IMG/VR virus record: IMGVR_UViG_3300020185_000025
Coordinates: 24,998 to 88,997 of that record
From: a virus
DNA: 64,000 nt
Direction: 5' to 3' (one strand)
In this document: piece after piece, positions 27,040 through 36,944 of the stretch
How the letters are laid out: each line of letters begins with the position of its first letter
Position numbering within the stretch: position 1 is the first letter of the stretch
The notes under the pieces: generated by a model
Seen by the model: the letters and a program-made list of their open reading frames with translations, nothing else
What the model was told of the DNA's origin: nothing
The model's database searches: none
Translations under genes and position numbers: made by a program

Positions 27040-27893
27040 AAAGTTTTAATGAGTTTAATGAAGGACCAAATGATCCTGCGATATTTAAAGCAATCTTTTT
27101 AGCAGGCGGTCCTGGTTCAGGTAAATCTTTTATTGTTGGTAAGACAGCATTACCTGCTCACGGATTTAAAGTTGTTAACTCAGATGATGCATTTGAAGTA
27201 GCAATGAATAAAGCTGGTTTAACAATGGATGCTGATACTATCTTTTCAACTCAAGGACAAGAGATTCGCGATAAAGCAAAGAAAATAACAAGCGCAAGAA
27301 TGACTGGTTATTTACGTGGTCGTCTCGGTTTAGTTATTGATGGAACAGGTAAGAATGTAGCAAAGATACAAGGTCAAATAAAACAATTAAGATCTCTTGG
27401 TTATGATGTTGGAATGATATACGTTAATACAGATTTAGATACTGCGATTAAGCGTAATGATATGAGACCAAGATCACTACCAGTTCAACAAGTTACTGCA
27501 TTATGGAAAGAAGTACAAAAGAACATCGGATCATTTAATAGTATGTTTGGTTCTAACTTTGTAGTAATTGATAATTCTGAAGGTGAAAACATTGATAAAG
27601 GAATTATGGATGGATATAAGTGGGCAGGTAAATTTGCCAAATCTAATATCAACAATCCTAAAGCAAAGAAATGGATTAAACAATATTCAGAAGAACATTT
27701 AAATATTAATGAAGCTGATTTATCAATGGATCGTGGTTCTATTATTGATATAATTCTTAAAGATGTAAAAGACAAGTTAATGAAGGATGTTATGAAGAAC
27801 GATCTTAGACTTCTTAAAGACATTGCATCAGAAGTAAAAAGAAAAGTAGAAATAGATTTTAAACATAAAGGTAGATTAAGGATTAAAACATAA
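27036..27893 (+). CDS. P-loop kinase (zeta/PNK-like) with capsid-targeting N-terminus
   Basis: Starts MKSFNEFNE; AGGPGSGKS, VNSDD, LVIDGTG, RN..R.R. Confidence 0.75.
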   Translation: MKSFNEFNEGPNDPAIFKAIFLAGGPGSGKSFIVGKTALPAHGFKVVNSDDAFEVAMNKAGLTMDADTIFSTQGQEIRDKAKKITSARMTGYLRGRLGLVIDGTGKNVAKIQGQIKQLRSLGYDVGMIYVNTDLDTAIKRNDMRPRSLPVQQVTALWKEVQKNIGSFNSMFGSNFVVIDNSEGENIDKGIMDGYKWAGKFAKSNINNPKAKKWIKQYSEEHLNINEADLSMDRGSIIDIILKDVKDKLMKDVMKNDLRLLKDIASEVKRKVEIDFKHKGRLRIKT

Positions 27894-29125
27894 TGAAGAG
27901 TTATAATCAATATCTTGCTGAGGCAGATGCCAATCTACATATGACGCATTTAGAAGATGCTGTTATTGACGGCGGTGTAAAAGGTACAAGAAACGTAATT
28001 AACTATATTCGTAATATCCGAGATATGTTATCGGGTAATACACAAGCTCCTGTTAGTTTAACAACAAAATGGGATGGCGCGCCTGCGATCTTTGCTGGAG
28101 TTGATCCTGCTGACGGCAAGTTCTTTGTGGCAAAGAAAGGAGTATTTAATAAGACTCCAAAATTATATAAAACAAATGCAGAAATAGATAATGATCTAAG
28201 CGGTGATCTTAATAGCAAATTTAAAGTTGCTTTAAAAGAATTTGCCAAGCTTGGAATTGAAGGAGTGGTACAAGGTGATTTCTTATATACGAACGACGAT
28301 CTTAAAACGGAAAATATTGATGGAGAACCGTGTGTTACTTTCCATCCTAATACCATTGTTTACGCGGTACCTAAATCATCAGACCTCGGTAAGACAATTT
28401 CAGGATCCAAGATCGGTGTGGTCTGGCACACAACATACGGAGGATCAACTCTTCAAACAATGTCTGCAAGCTTTGGTCAGGCGATCTCAACAAAACTTAA
28501 TAAAGTTAAAACGGTCTGGCACGTAGACGCAACATTCGAAGATAAGTCAGGTACAGCAACAATGACAAAGGCAGAGACTGATAATCTTACAGCCATGTTA
28601 TCAAAGGCAGGATCATTGTTTAGAACAATAGATGCTAAGGTTCTAGGCGAACTCGGAACAAACGAAGATTTAAATGTAAAGGTAAATACTTTTATCAATA
28701 CAAAGGTTCGTGCAGGAGAGCGTATTGGATCAGTCAAGCCATTCGTTGCGGATCTCCAACGATACATACAACAATATTACCAAAAGGAAGCAGATAAGCG
28801 TAAGACTCCTGCTGGTAAGAAAACGCAAATGGATAAAGCAGCTGCAGTATTACAAATTTTTGATAAAAGAAATACTAAAAAGCTTGAGGCCATATTTACG
28901 TTATATGATTTGTTCGTTGATATGAAATATGTTATCATTGCGAAACTAAATACTGTTGACGGTATACGAACATTATTAAAAACAAAGAAAGGATTTGAAG
29001 TTACAGGGCAAGAAGGATTTGTTGCTATTGATCATTATAGTTCGAACGCATTAAAAATTGTTGACCGCATGGGATTCAGTCTTGCTAACTTCTCAGACAA
29101 ATACATTAAAGGGTGGCAAAAATAA
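27893..29125 (+). CDS. nucleotidyltransferase/RNA-ligase-like protein with capsid-targeting N-terminus
   Basis: Starts MKSYNQYLAE; TKWDG, QGD, EGFV, LKIVDR in ligase motif order. Confidence 0.6.
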   Translation: MKSYNQYLAEADANLHMTHLEDAVIDGGVKGTRNVINYIRNIRDMLSGNTQAPVSLTTKWDGAPAIFAGVDPADGKFFVAKKGVFNKTPKLYKTNAEIDNDLSGDLNSKFKVALKEFAKLGIEGVVQGDFLYTNDDLKTENIDGEPCVTFHPNTIVYAVPKSSDLGKTISGSKIGVVWHTTYGGSTLQTMSASFGQAISTKLNKVKTVWHVDATFEDKSGTATMTKAETDNLTAMLSKAGSLFRTIDAKVLGELGTNEDLNVKVNTFINTKVRAGERIGSVKPFVADLQRYIQQYYQKEADKRKTPAGKKTQMDKAAAVLQIFDKRNTKKLEAIFTLYDLFVDMKYVIIAKLNTVDGIRTLLKTKKGFEVTGQEGFVAIDHYSSNALKIVDRMGFSLANFSDKYIKGWQK

Positions 29126-29370
29126 TGGCATTCGTAACAGTACCAGGAAGTAATGGAACATGGGAATATGAAAATACAGCAACCGCTACTGATACCTATG
29201 TTGACTCTCCAGGAACGGTCTCCGCGGGTGTTAGAACATTTACAGTACCTAATTCAGGCGGTTACACAACTCAAACTTATATTAAATGCAGGAAGCCAGG
29301 AAAAACTCTGGTAAATGGTGAAATTAATAAGGACTTTTACGACTATAGATTTAGTCAAGGAACACCGTAG
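29125..29370 (+). CDS. hypothetical protein
   Basis: TAATG-coupled. Confidence 0.65.
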   Translation: MAFVTVPGSNGTWEYENTATATDTYVDSPGTVSAGVRTFTVPNSGGYTTQTYIKCRKPGKTLVNGEINKDFYDYRFSQGTP

Positions 29371-29392
29371 ATTTAGTTAAGGAATACGAAGA

Positions 29393-30199
29393 ATGGCAAT
29401 TTGGAACAAAAATAATCAAGCATACTTACAAGATAATAAAACTTTATTTGAAGCATTTATGTTATCAGATAAAGATGGTAATATTATCAATACGTTTGGC
29501 GAGGCATCTAATATTCCTTTAGCAGCCGGAGAACTAGACGGTTACTCTGCGGTACATAAGTTTGGCATCATTGATGGAACTATTGGAACAGGCTGGTCAA
29601 CTATTTGGGCGCAAGGCGAAAATATTGGAGATCAATTAGCACCTTGGAGAGAAATTGGTGATGCCGGCGTTGTTACTGTTACTTCATCCCTTGCTGGTGA
29701 TACAACTGATGTTACGCTTGAAGGATTAGATGCCGATTATAACTTTCAATCAGAAACATTGACTTTGGCTGGTACTGCTGATGTTGTAGGAACTAAAACT
29801 TGGCATCGTATTAATCGTATGTTTATGGTAACAGAGACAAACGTTGGTAATGTTACTGCAACGATCGGTGCTGATATTGTAAGTTCTATTAAAGCAGGTC
29901 GTGGCCAAACGTTACAAGCTTTTTATACAGTCCCTGCTGGTAAAACTGCTTACCTAACTCATATGCAAGTATCTTCTAGTAAGAACCAAGCTGTTGAAGC
30001 ATCACTCTTTGTAAGACCGTTTGGCGGAGCATTTAGAGTTACTGGTGGTACTATGCTATACCAAATGGAACACACAATCCATTACTCTTCTCCTATTCGA
30101 ATTACTGAAAAGAGTGATATGGACTTTAGAGCTATTGGTGCAGCAAACGGTGTTTTATCAGCATCGTTTGATTTAATATTAGTTGACAACCCTGCCTAA
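29393..30199 (+). CDS. beta-rich hypothetical (possible virion) protein
   Basis: 268 aa, Thr/Gly-rich, YTVPAGKTAY. Confidence 0.65.
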   Translation: MAIWNKNNQAYLQDNKTLFEAFMLSDKDGNIINTFGEASNIPLAAGELDGYSAVHKFGIIDGTIGTGWSTIWAQGENIGDQLAPWREIGDAGVVTVTSSLAGDTTDVTLEGLDADYNFQSETLTLAGTADVVGTKTWHRINRMFMVTETNVGNVTATIGADIVSSIKAGRGQTLQAFYTVPAGKTAYLTHMQVSSSKNQAVEASLFVRPFGGAFRVTGGTMLYQMEHTIHYSSPIRITEKSDMDFRAIGAANGVLSASFDLILVDNPA

Positions 30200-30211
30200 A
30201 TATGATATAAT
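30183..30211 (+). promoter_or_regulatory. sigma70-type promoter for transferase cassette
   Basis: TTGACA-N17-TATAAT. Confidence 0.8.
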
Positions 30212-30244
30212 ATAAATTCTATAATATGAATAAGGTGATCCTCA

Positions 30245-30778
30245 ATGAAAGATGTAACAGTCATAAACTTCTACGGCGGGCCGGGGTCAGGTAAATCTAC
30301 CGCTGCTGCCGGTTTGTTCTATCAAATGAAAATCGCAGGCTATAACGTCGAACTGACGGATGAGTTTGCTAAAGAGTGCGTATGGGAAGGTAACATACCA
30401 ATGTTGGCAGATCAACTTTGGGTACTCGGTCATCAACACAGAAAGATATTACGATTGTCCGATAAGGTAGATTATATTATTACCGATAGTCCTGTACTCT
30501 TAAGTCCAATATATCGTGAGAGATATGGTGAAGCAATCTATTCAGATCTAATTGACAAAATGGCTTTTGAGTGTTACTGTTTATATAATCATAATATTAA
30601 CTTTATGCTAACAAGACCTGATGATTTTGAACAAAACGGTAGAGCACAAGATCTAAAAGAATGTAAAGAAATTGATGATGCAATTATAGAACAGTTTGAC
30701 CGACTTAACATCGGATATATAAATTTAGACTCTAATGATAACGCAGCTGCAGCAATGAGATATATTAAAAGATTATGA
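30245..30778 (+). CDS. NadR/AAA_28-type P-loop kinase
   Basis: GGPGSGKST, EFAKE, ITDSP, GR.Q. Confidence 0.75.
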   Translation: MKDVTVINFYGGPGSGKSTAAAGLFYQMKIAGYNVELTDEFAKECVWEGNIPMLADQLWVLGHQHRKILRLSDKVDYIITDSPVLLSPIYRERYGEAIYSDLIDKMAFECYCLYNHNINFMLTRPDDFEQNGRAQDLKECKEIDDAIIEQFDRLNIGYINLDSNDNAAAAMRYIKRL

Positions 30779-31449
30779 ATATTGAAAAGAAGATGACACA
30801 TATATGGATAGGACCAAATCCTGCTCCATTGAAGTGGATGAATACTTGGCAAGAAAAGATGCCTGACTGGGAATACAGCGTGTTCACAGATGACATGTTA
30901 CATAAGCGTAAATGGTACAATCAACATTTAATTGAAGAGTACTACAGAAGAGGTACATGGGCAGGAGTTGCTGATTTAATTCGTTATGAGTTAATATATG
31001 AAAAAGGTGGCTTTTGGCCTGAAGCAGATTCAGAATGTTATCATAGAGTAGACGAACTATTTGTTGAAGATCCAAATCTTGCATATACTGTATTTGAAAA
31101 AGAAGATGTAATACCAAGATCTATATCTCCAATCATGGCAGCAAACCCAGGCAATAAATTTCTCGATGTTATATTAAGAAAGCTCCATACACTCAGACCA
31201 AATCAATTAGATCTAAAGCCTCATGAATCAACAGGAAACTTTTTCCTAGCAAGATTGTTAGATGATACACGACATATGTTACATATCTTTCCATCTTATA
31301 TGTTTATACCACAATGGTTTCGCCCAGGTTATCCAAGGTATAATGGACCAGGTAAAATATACGCAGAACAACATTGGGGTTCAACTGCTCTCGACCAAGC
31401 TCCTTCAATGTCAGGAACAACAAAACAATATTCACAAGGTATAGAATGA
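30775..31449 (+). CDS. GT32 (Och1-like) glycosyltransferase
   Basis: HIWIG, W....PDWEY, ADLIRYE.IY..GG...AD. Confidence 0.75.
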   Translation: MNIEKKMTHIWIGPNPAPLKWMNTWQEKMPDWEYSVFTDDMLHKRKWYNQHLIEEYYRRGTWAGVADLIRYELIYEKGGFWPEADSECYHRVDELFVEDPNLAYTVFEKEDVIPRSISPIMAANPGNKFLDVILRKLHTLRPNQLDLKPHESTGNFFLARLLDDTRHMLHIFPSYMFIPQWFRPGYPRYNGPGKIYAEQHWGSTALDQAPSMSGTTKQYSQGIE

Positions 31450-32120
31450 GACACGTAGAAATATTAGGTCTAGGACATCCAAGAACAGGCACAGGATATA
31501 CAAGTAAAGTATTATCTGATTGGGGTTTAGATGTTGGCCACGAAACATCAGGCAAGATGGGAATTGTATCTTGGTTATTAGTTAAACCTAAAGGTCCATA
31601 TATGTGGCAGAGTGGATTTGATAGAAGACCAACATACAATCATTTAGTTTATAACGTAAGAGATCCAAAAACTGCTCTTGCTTCTATTACTTATACTGAA
31701 TCACCACCATGTGATAGAGATGGTTATAGTTGGGATGGGACTCAATTTTATACTGAATACGAAAGAGTAGTAAAAAACTTTAATTACGATTCTACTTATT
31801 TTAGAAAACAATTCATCGGATTAAATAATAATAACCCAGTAGAAAACGCAATTGATAGTATATGCCAGTTTCATGATATGATAATGAATTGTAGACCAAA
31901 TATTAAATATAGAATTGAGGATGAAGAAGAAAAGTTATTTGAGTATATGAAAATACAGTATCCTCATATTGAATTTACACCACATCCAAAGGCAGAGAAT
32001 ACTCGAGTTCATAAATCGTTTGAAGATATGTGCAGAGAGTTTCCAACACCTTCGTTAAAACATCAACAAAGAATTAACGAATACGCAGAAATAAACAAGT
32101 ACGAAAAGGTAGTATTTTGA
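31446..32120 (+). CDS. sulfotransferase-like protein
   Basis: GHPRTGT (PAPS-loop-like), GHE, VRDP...LAS, YRIED. Confidence 0.6.
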   Translation: MRHVEILGLGHPRTGTGYTSKVLSDWGLDVGHETSGKMGIVSWLLVKPKGPYMWQSGFDRRPTYNHLVYNVRDPKTALASITYTESPPCDRDGYSWDGTQFYTEYERVVKNFNYDSTYFRKQFIGLNNNNPVENAIDSICQFHDMIMNCRPNIKYRIEDEEEKLFEYMKIQYPHIEFTPHPKAENTRVHKSFEDMCREFPTPSLKHQQRINEYAEINKYEKVVF

Positions 32121-32806
32121 AAGCTTATATATTAACACACGATCATCCAATATCACGCAAGTATGCAAAGATGTGTTCTCAAACTTGTGATGCAATAGAT
32201 TTGGATTGGGAATACTTTGAAGGTTGGTCTAATTGTACTGGTCGTATGGCTTGGTGCCAAACTGGTATTAAGATGAAGTTTTACGAACCAATGCTACACG
32301 TTGATTTTCCAACACCTGAACATAAAGCAAATACTTGTTCCGCAGGTCATGCCGCTATTTGGAAAAAGATTGCTGAAGGAGACGATGAAGTTGGTATTGT
32401 ATTAGAACATGATGCATTAATGTATTATAAACCAGATATAAAAGTACCTGATAATTATTTAATTACATTAGGATATAAAGTTACTGACCCAGAAAACTAT
32501 CGAGCGTTTGATGCAAGAGATAATGAACCAAGACAATTAATTAATATAAATGGACATGAAGGTGCCCATGCTTATATGATGACAAAAAGAACAGCCCAGA
32601 ATCTTATTTACGAAATAGAACAAAGAGGTGTAATGGGATGTGTTGATAATGCATACTTTATTTTAAATCAAAGATGTACACAAATTCCATTAGCAATTAT
32701 GTCGCCTACACCAGCAATAGGATATTTAAGAGATTCTACGATTTGGGATAAGTCTGCACATGTTAACTATGAATTTATTGAGACCTTTGCTAAATATTAT
32801 AAATAA
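32117..32806 (+). CDS. GT25-like glycosyltransferase
   Basis: C..GH..IWKK, VLEHDA, GAHAY. Confidence 0.7.
   Translation: MKAYILTHDHPISRKYAKMCSQTCDAIDLDWEYFEGWSNCTGRMAWCQTGIKMKFYEPMLHVDFPTPEHKANTCSAGHAAIWKKIAEGDDEVGIVLEHDALMYYKPDIKVPDNYLITLGYKVTDPENYRAFDARDNEPRQLININGHEGAHAYMMTKRTAQNLIYEIEQRGVMGCVDNAYFILNQRCTQIPLAIMSPTPAIGYLRDSTIWDKSAHVNYEFIETFAKYYK
32798..32805 (+). promoter_or_regulatory. T4-type late promoter
   Basis: TATAAATA. Confidence 0.65.
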
Positions 32807-32839
32807 AAACATTAGCAAATTAAAAATAGGAATATTTAG

Positions 32840-34621
32840 ATGGATCGCTTAAACGAAAAAGATAAAGAGACTTCCGTAGCGCAAGATTCTGTCGATGATA
32901 ACGCAAATCACGACAAAATAAATGACGCGGACAATAAAGATATTAAGAAGCGTAAAGATAAAAAGAAGGACCAGGATACTGGTAAAGGCATTATTAAAAA
33001 GAATAGCAAGACAAGCTTTGACGCTAATAAATTTATTGATACGGAACCTACAATAGCGGAAGCTGTTCAGAACAAAGCGGTTATTACTTTTGGTAGAATG
33101 AATCCTCCAACAGTCGGTCATGAAAAATTAGTTAATAAAATAATCTCAACAGCAATCTCTGAAAAAGGTACTCCTTTAGTATACCTATCAAAAACTCAAG
33201 ATGCAAAAAAGAATCCTTTAACATACGAACAAAAACTCAAATATGCTCAAACATTCTTTGGAAAAAGATTAGTTGTTAAATCAAATGCTAAAACAATTAT
33301 TCAAGTTGCTCAAGAATTACAAAAGGCAGGATTTAAGGATCTTGTTCTCGTTGTTGGTTCAGATAGAATAAGAGAATTTGAAACACTATTGAACAGATAC
33401 AACGGAAAGGATTATACGTTTAATTCTATTAAGGTTGTTTCCGCAGGAGAACGTGATCCTGACTCTGATGATGTTTCAGGAATGTCAGCAAGTAAAATAA
33501 GAGCTGCTGCTGCAGAAGGTAATCTTGATTTATTTAAAAAAGGTATACCAACAAGAAACGACAGATTAATATTAGACTTATTTAATGACGTTCGTAAAGG
33601 TTTAGGTATTTCTGAATCATTAAATTTTGCGGTACTACAATTCCTCGGCGAAAGAGTTAAGGATGGTAAAGTAGATCCTTTATCACCAATGGGGAAGCAA
33701 AAACTAACTGGCGCTGAAGTTGCTCAATATTATAAGAACAATCCTAAAGCAAAGTCTGCGGCAAATCGAGATAAGAATGTTAAGCTTGGTATTGAACTTG
33801 CTTTAGATTTAGCAGGTAATATGAATTACGCAGTTAAAGAAATTGATAAACTCAAAAGAAACCTTTCCAAACATCCTGAAATTCAAAAAGCTTTAAAAAC
33901 CGCAAACGAATCACATAACGTTGATTTATATCGCGCTGCTTCTATTCAAGAAAGACTACAACAAGAAGCTGATAAAGAATCAAAACAACAAAAGCAACAG
34001 CCCGGTTATTATAAAGATCTAGGTAATTCAACAAAAGATAAAAGACAAGCTCACTTTAATAAAAAGACAAAGATGGATGATGACAATCCAAAAGCCTATG
34101 AGCCTGCGCCTGGTGATGCTGAAGCTAAAACAAAACCATCTAAACATTCAAACAAGTTTAAGAAAATGTTTGGTGAAGCCGTTAACCGTAATATGGAACG
34201 TGCAGGTTTAAAAAGACCACATCAATTATTAAGACAAGATAATACTGTTAATTTTGATTATAGATTTAAAATGTATGGCAAAGCAAAAGAACTTGAAGCT
34301 GTAGCAAAACAAAGAGCAGATGTTGAATCTGAAATAACAGAACAAAGAATTGAAGAATTATACGATCTGATAGAACAAGTAGAATTCGTAAGCGAGAAAT
34401 CAAACCCTGAAAAATCATTAAAGGATAAAGCAGAAAAATCTGGAATGCCTTATGGAATATTGAAGAAAGTGTTTGATCGTGGAGTTGCTGCTTGGAGAAC
34501 AGGGCATAGACCTGGTACAACTCCAGTACAATGGGGATTAGCAAGAGTAAACAGTTTTGCTACAAAATCACCAGGTACTTGGGGTAAGGCTGATAAAGAT
34601 TTGGCTGATAAAGTTAAATAA
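32840..34621 (+). CDS. cytidylyltransferase-like (HxGH) multidomain protein
   Basis: TFGRMNPPTVGH, KNPL, VVGSDR, SAGERD, MSASK; C-terminal RG.AAW..GHRPG..QWG.ARVNSF domain. Confidence 0.85.
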   Translation: MDRLNEKDKETSVAQDSVDDNANHDKINDADNKDIKKRKDKKKDQDTGKGIIKKNSKTSFDANKFIDTEPTIAEAVQNKAVITFGRMNPPTVGHEKLVNKIISTAISEKGTPLVYLSKTQDAKKNPLTYEQKLKYAQTFFGKRLVVKSNAKTIIQVAQELQKAGFKDLVLVVGSDRIREFETLLNRYNGKDYTFNSIKVVSAGERDPDSDDVSGMSASKIRAAAAEGNLDLFKKGIPTRNDRLILDLFNDVRKGLGISESLNFAVLQFLGERVKDGKVDPLSPMGKQKLTGAEVAQYYKNNPKAKSAANRDKNVKLGIELALDLAGNMNYAVKEIDKLKRNLSKHPEIQKALKTANESHNVDLYRAASIQERLQQEADKESKQQKQQPGYYKDLGNSTKDKRQAHFNKKTKMDDDNPKAYEPAPGDAEAKTKPSKHSNKFKKMFGEAVNRNMERAGLKRPHQLLRQDNTVNFDYRFKMYGKAKELEAVAKQRADVESEITEQRIEELYDLIEQVEFVSEKSNPEKSLKDKAEKSGMPYGILKKVFDRGVAAWRTGHRPGTTPVQWGLARVNSFATKSPGTWGKADKDLADKVK

Positions 34622-34791
34622 TGGATCGTATAAATAATATAAAGGAAGAAGGCGGTGCTGGAGATTGGGGAACCGATAAAGCAAGAGCCAAACTTCAAAC
34701 AGACACCCCTTACCAAAAAGTTAAGAGGGAAAACAAATTAAAGACTTTCAAACAATTTAATAAGGACCAGGTAACCAATGAAAAAGTTTAG
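34621..34791 (+). CDS. 56-aa hypothetical protein
   Basis: Not in track; TAATG-coupled; MDRINNIKEEGGAGDWGTDKARAKLQTDTPYQKVKRENKLKTFKQFNKDQVTNEKV. Confidence 0.6.
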   Translation: MDRINNIKEEGGAGDWGTDKARAKLQTDTPYQKVKRENKLKTFKQFNKDQVTNEKV

Positions 34792-35791
34792 ACAGGTATT
34801 AGAAAGCGTTGATCCAATCAGCGAGAATATTAATAAATCAAGCAAAGAGCTTGGGAAAGAAATCAATGATGCTGCAAGAAAAGAAACTGGCGGTGATAAA
34901 AGGGATTTCATGAATGTGTCTAAACTCATTTCACAAGGCAAGCATAAAGATGCTGCTAAGTATATGTCTAAATTAGATACAGCAGTTCTTGAAGATCTTG
35001 TTACTTTTATCATGGGTCATGAAGATGTATTTAAAGTAATGTATCCTAAAGCTCGTCCTGGTCAGCCGGTTGCTTTATTTGCTCGAGAAGAAACTGAAAT
35101 TGTTGAGGCAATGTCAGAAAAAGATAAAGCAAAACGTTTAGCATTAATTAAGAAAGCAGTTGAGAGAATCAATAAAGGTAATGCAGAGAAGGCAAAGAAA
35201 GATGCACTTGCTATGATGAAGGCCTCAGGTATGTTTGATGAAGATCTTGACGAATCAACAATTAATGAAGTATCAACGCCAAACAGTTTAGAACAAGCAA
35301 TTGAGATTGAAGTTGATTTAGGTGTAACATTTGATAAAGGTACTTTAACCAGATCTGACGCTGAAGAGTTAAAAAGAGACTGGGCTGTTTACAGACAAGA
35401 AATAGCAAAGGTTGTTAAGCCATTAGGTGGTTTAGTAACAGATACAATTGCTCCTAATCCAAGAATGACCAACACAAAAGGACAAAGACTTGGTACTGTT
35501 TCTATAGGTACTCGTGGTGATGCAAGTAAACTTGACGCGAAAAAAATCAAAGCAGTATTAAGTAGAAGTGTTGATGTTGCAGATATGAAGATTACCAATC
35601 TAAACGAAGAATCAGATCTTCAAGAAAAGATTACTTTCTACGGTTCTGTAATTGGTGGATTGAGAGATAAACAGTATACCTATCAAGCGGTAGCAGTTGA
35701 CTACAAAGGTAAGTTAGGATATAAGATAACAAATCAACATGGAGATTTTGAAACACTCACTCTCCAGCAATTCGCAAAGAGGTTCGGATAA
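34778..35791 (+). CDS. putative internal head (poly)protein
   Basis: Starts MKKFRQVLE; internal ISE, IVE, LDE, INE, LNE, LQE linkers; TATAAATA at 34629. Confidence 0.7.
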   Translation: MKKFRQVLESVDPISENINKSSKELGKEINDAARKETGGDKRDFMNVSKLISQGKHKDAAKYMSKLDTAVLEDLVTFIMGHEDVFKVMYPKARPGQPVALFAREETEIVEAMSEKDKAKRLALIKKAVERINKGNAEKAKKDALAMMKASGMFDEDLDESTINEVSTPNSLEQAIEIEVDLGVTFDKGTLTRSDAEELKRDWAVYRQEIAKVVKPLGGLVTDTIAPNPRMTNTKGQRLGTVSIGTRGDASKLDAKKIKAVLSRSVDVADMKITNLNEESDLQEKITFYGSVIGGLRDKQYTYQAVAVDYKGKLGYKITNQHGDFETLTLQQFAKRFG

Positions 35792-36396
35792 TGACATATA
35801 TTTTTGAAGAATTGCATAAAATAAGATTGAAAGAAAACTATGCTCAGGACTTAGACCTTGCACAGAAGAATATGGCCAGGTTATCTCAGAAAGAAACAGG
35901 TCAAGATAAGAAAGATTATCAATCAGTAGCTCGAGCTCTTAATCAAGGCAATCTCGGTGCAGTTAAGAAAGTAATCAAAGGTATTAGTACCGATGAGATT
36001 AGAGCAGATATTCTAAATGTACTTGTAGGTTATAATGACCTTATTGCTAAAATGTATCCTAAAGCAGTAGATTCTAAGGGTAGACTTAAAACTCCTATGA
36101 ACGTAAGTAAGATGATTAAAGAAGATGAAGAAATCATTGAAGAAGAAACAGATTTTGATGAACTTGCAGAGTTGGTTGAAAACATTCAAAAGGTAATTAA
36201 GTTATTCCCAGGTGATAACGATTGGAAGAAACTAATAACTAAACACCGTAGAGATATTGATGCTTTAAGAAGAGGCAAAGATTTACCTCAAAAGGTACAA
36301 GACGAGTTAATGAGTTGGGCAATGGATAACGGTGAAATTAAGACTGATGATGTCGATGAGCTCGACGATTTCATAATGACAATTATTGACGCGTAG
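35791..36396 (+). CDS. putative internal head protein sharing a domain with 34778 ORF
   Basis: KETG.DK.D...MYPKA shared; LKE, IKE, IEE, LVE sites. Confidence 0.7.
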   Translation: MTYIFEELHKIRLKENYAQDLDLAQKNMARLSQKETGQDKKDYQSVARALNQGNLGAVKKVIKGISTDEIRADILNVLVGYNDLIAKMYPKAVDSKGRLKTPMNVSKMIKEDEEIIEEETDFDELAELVENIQKVIKLFPGDNDWKKLITKHRRDIDALRRGKDLPQKVQDELMSWAMDNGEIKTDDVDELDDFIMTIIDA

Positions 36397-36406
36397 GTAA
36401 GGTATA

Positions 36407-36943
36407 ATGAAATCCTTCAAACAATTTTTAGAAGCAGACGGTTGTTGGACTGGCTACAAAAAAGTAGGCATGAAAAAGAAAGGCGACAAGATGGTTCCTA
36501 ATTGCGTACCTGAAGAAAACGAGATTGAAGAACTTACAACCTCGCAGGCTATTAAAAAGATTGCCGCAGATACTATATTCAAAAAGAAATATGGTCGAGG
36601 TGTTGAACTCGTAAAACAAATTATGTATAAACACGGTCCAAAGCCAAGACACGGAAAAGAATATTATGCAGGTAAGATTGCGAATCAGTTAGGATTAGAT
36701 TCACATGTACTTGCACTTATGGTTGATGAACAATTATCAGAAGGTTCCGAATCGTGGGAAGACGGGTTTGAGCGCAGAGTTGTTAAAACAACAAAACCAG
36801 AACACAAGAAAGATGGCTATGAATGGCGCATTAAAGGCAAAGACAAAGCTAATCTATCAATTAAATTATATAAAACAAAACCAGACTTTGCAGAATTTAA
36901 AAAACAAATGAAGCGAGTCGCGGGACACGAATTCGGAGGATAA
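36407..36943 (+). CDS. putative internal head (poly)protein
   Basis: Starts MKSFKQFLE; CWTGYKKVGMKKKGDKMVPNCVP module; IEE and LSE linkers. Confidence 0.75.
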   Translation: MKSFKQFLEADGCWTGYKKVGMKKKGDKMVPNCVPEENEIEELTTSQAIKKIAADTIFKKKYGRGVELVKQIMYKHGPKPRHGKEYYAGKIANQLGLDSHVLALMVDEQLSEGSESWEDGFERRVVKTTKPEHKKDGYEWRIKGKDKANLSIKLYKTKPDFAEFKKQMKRVAGHEFGG

Positions 36944-36944
36944 A

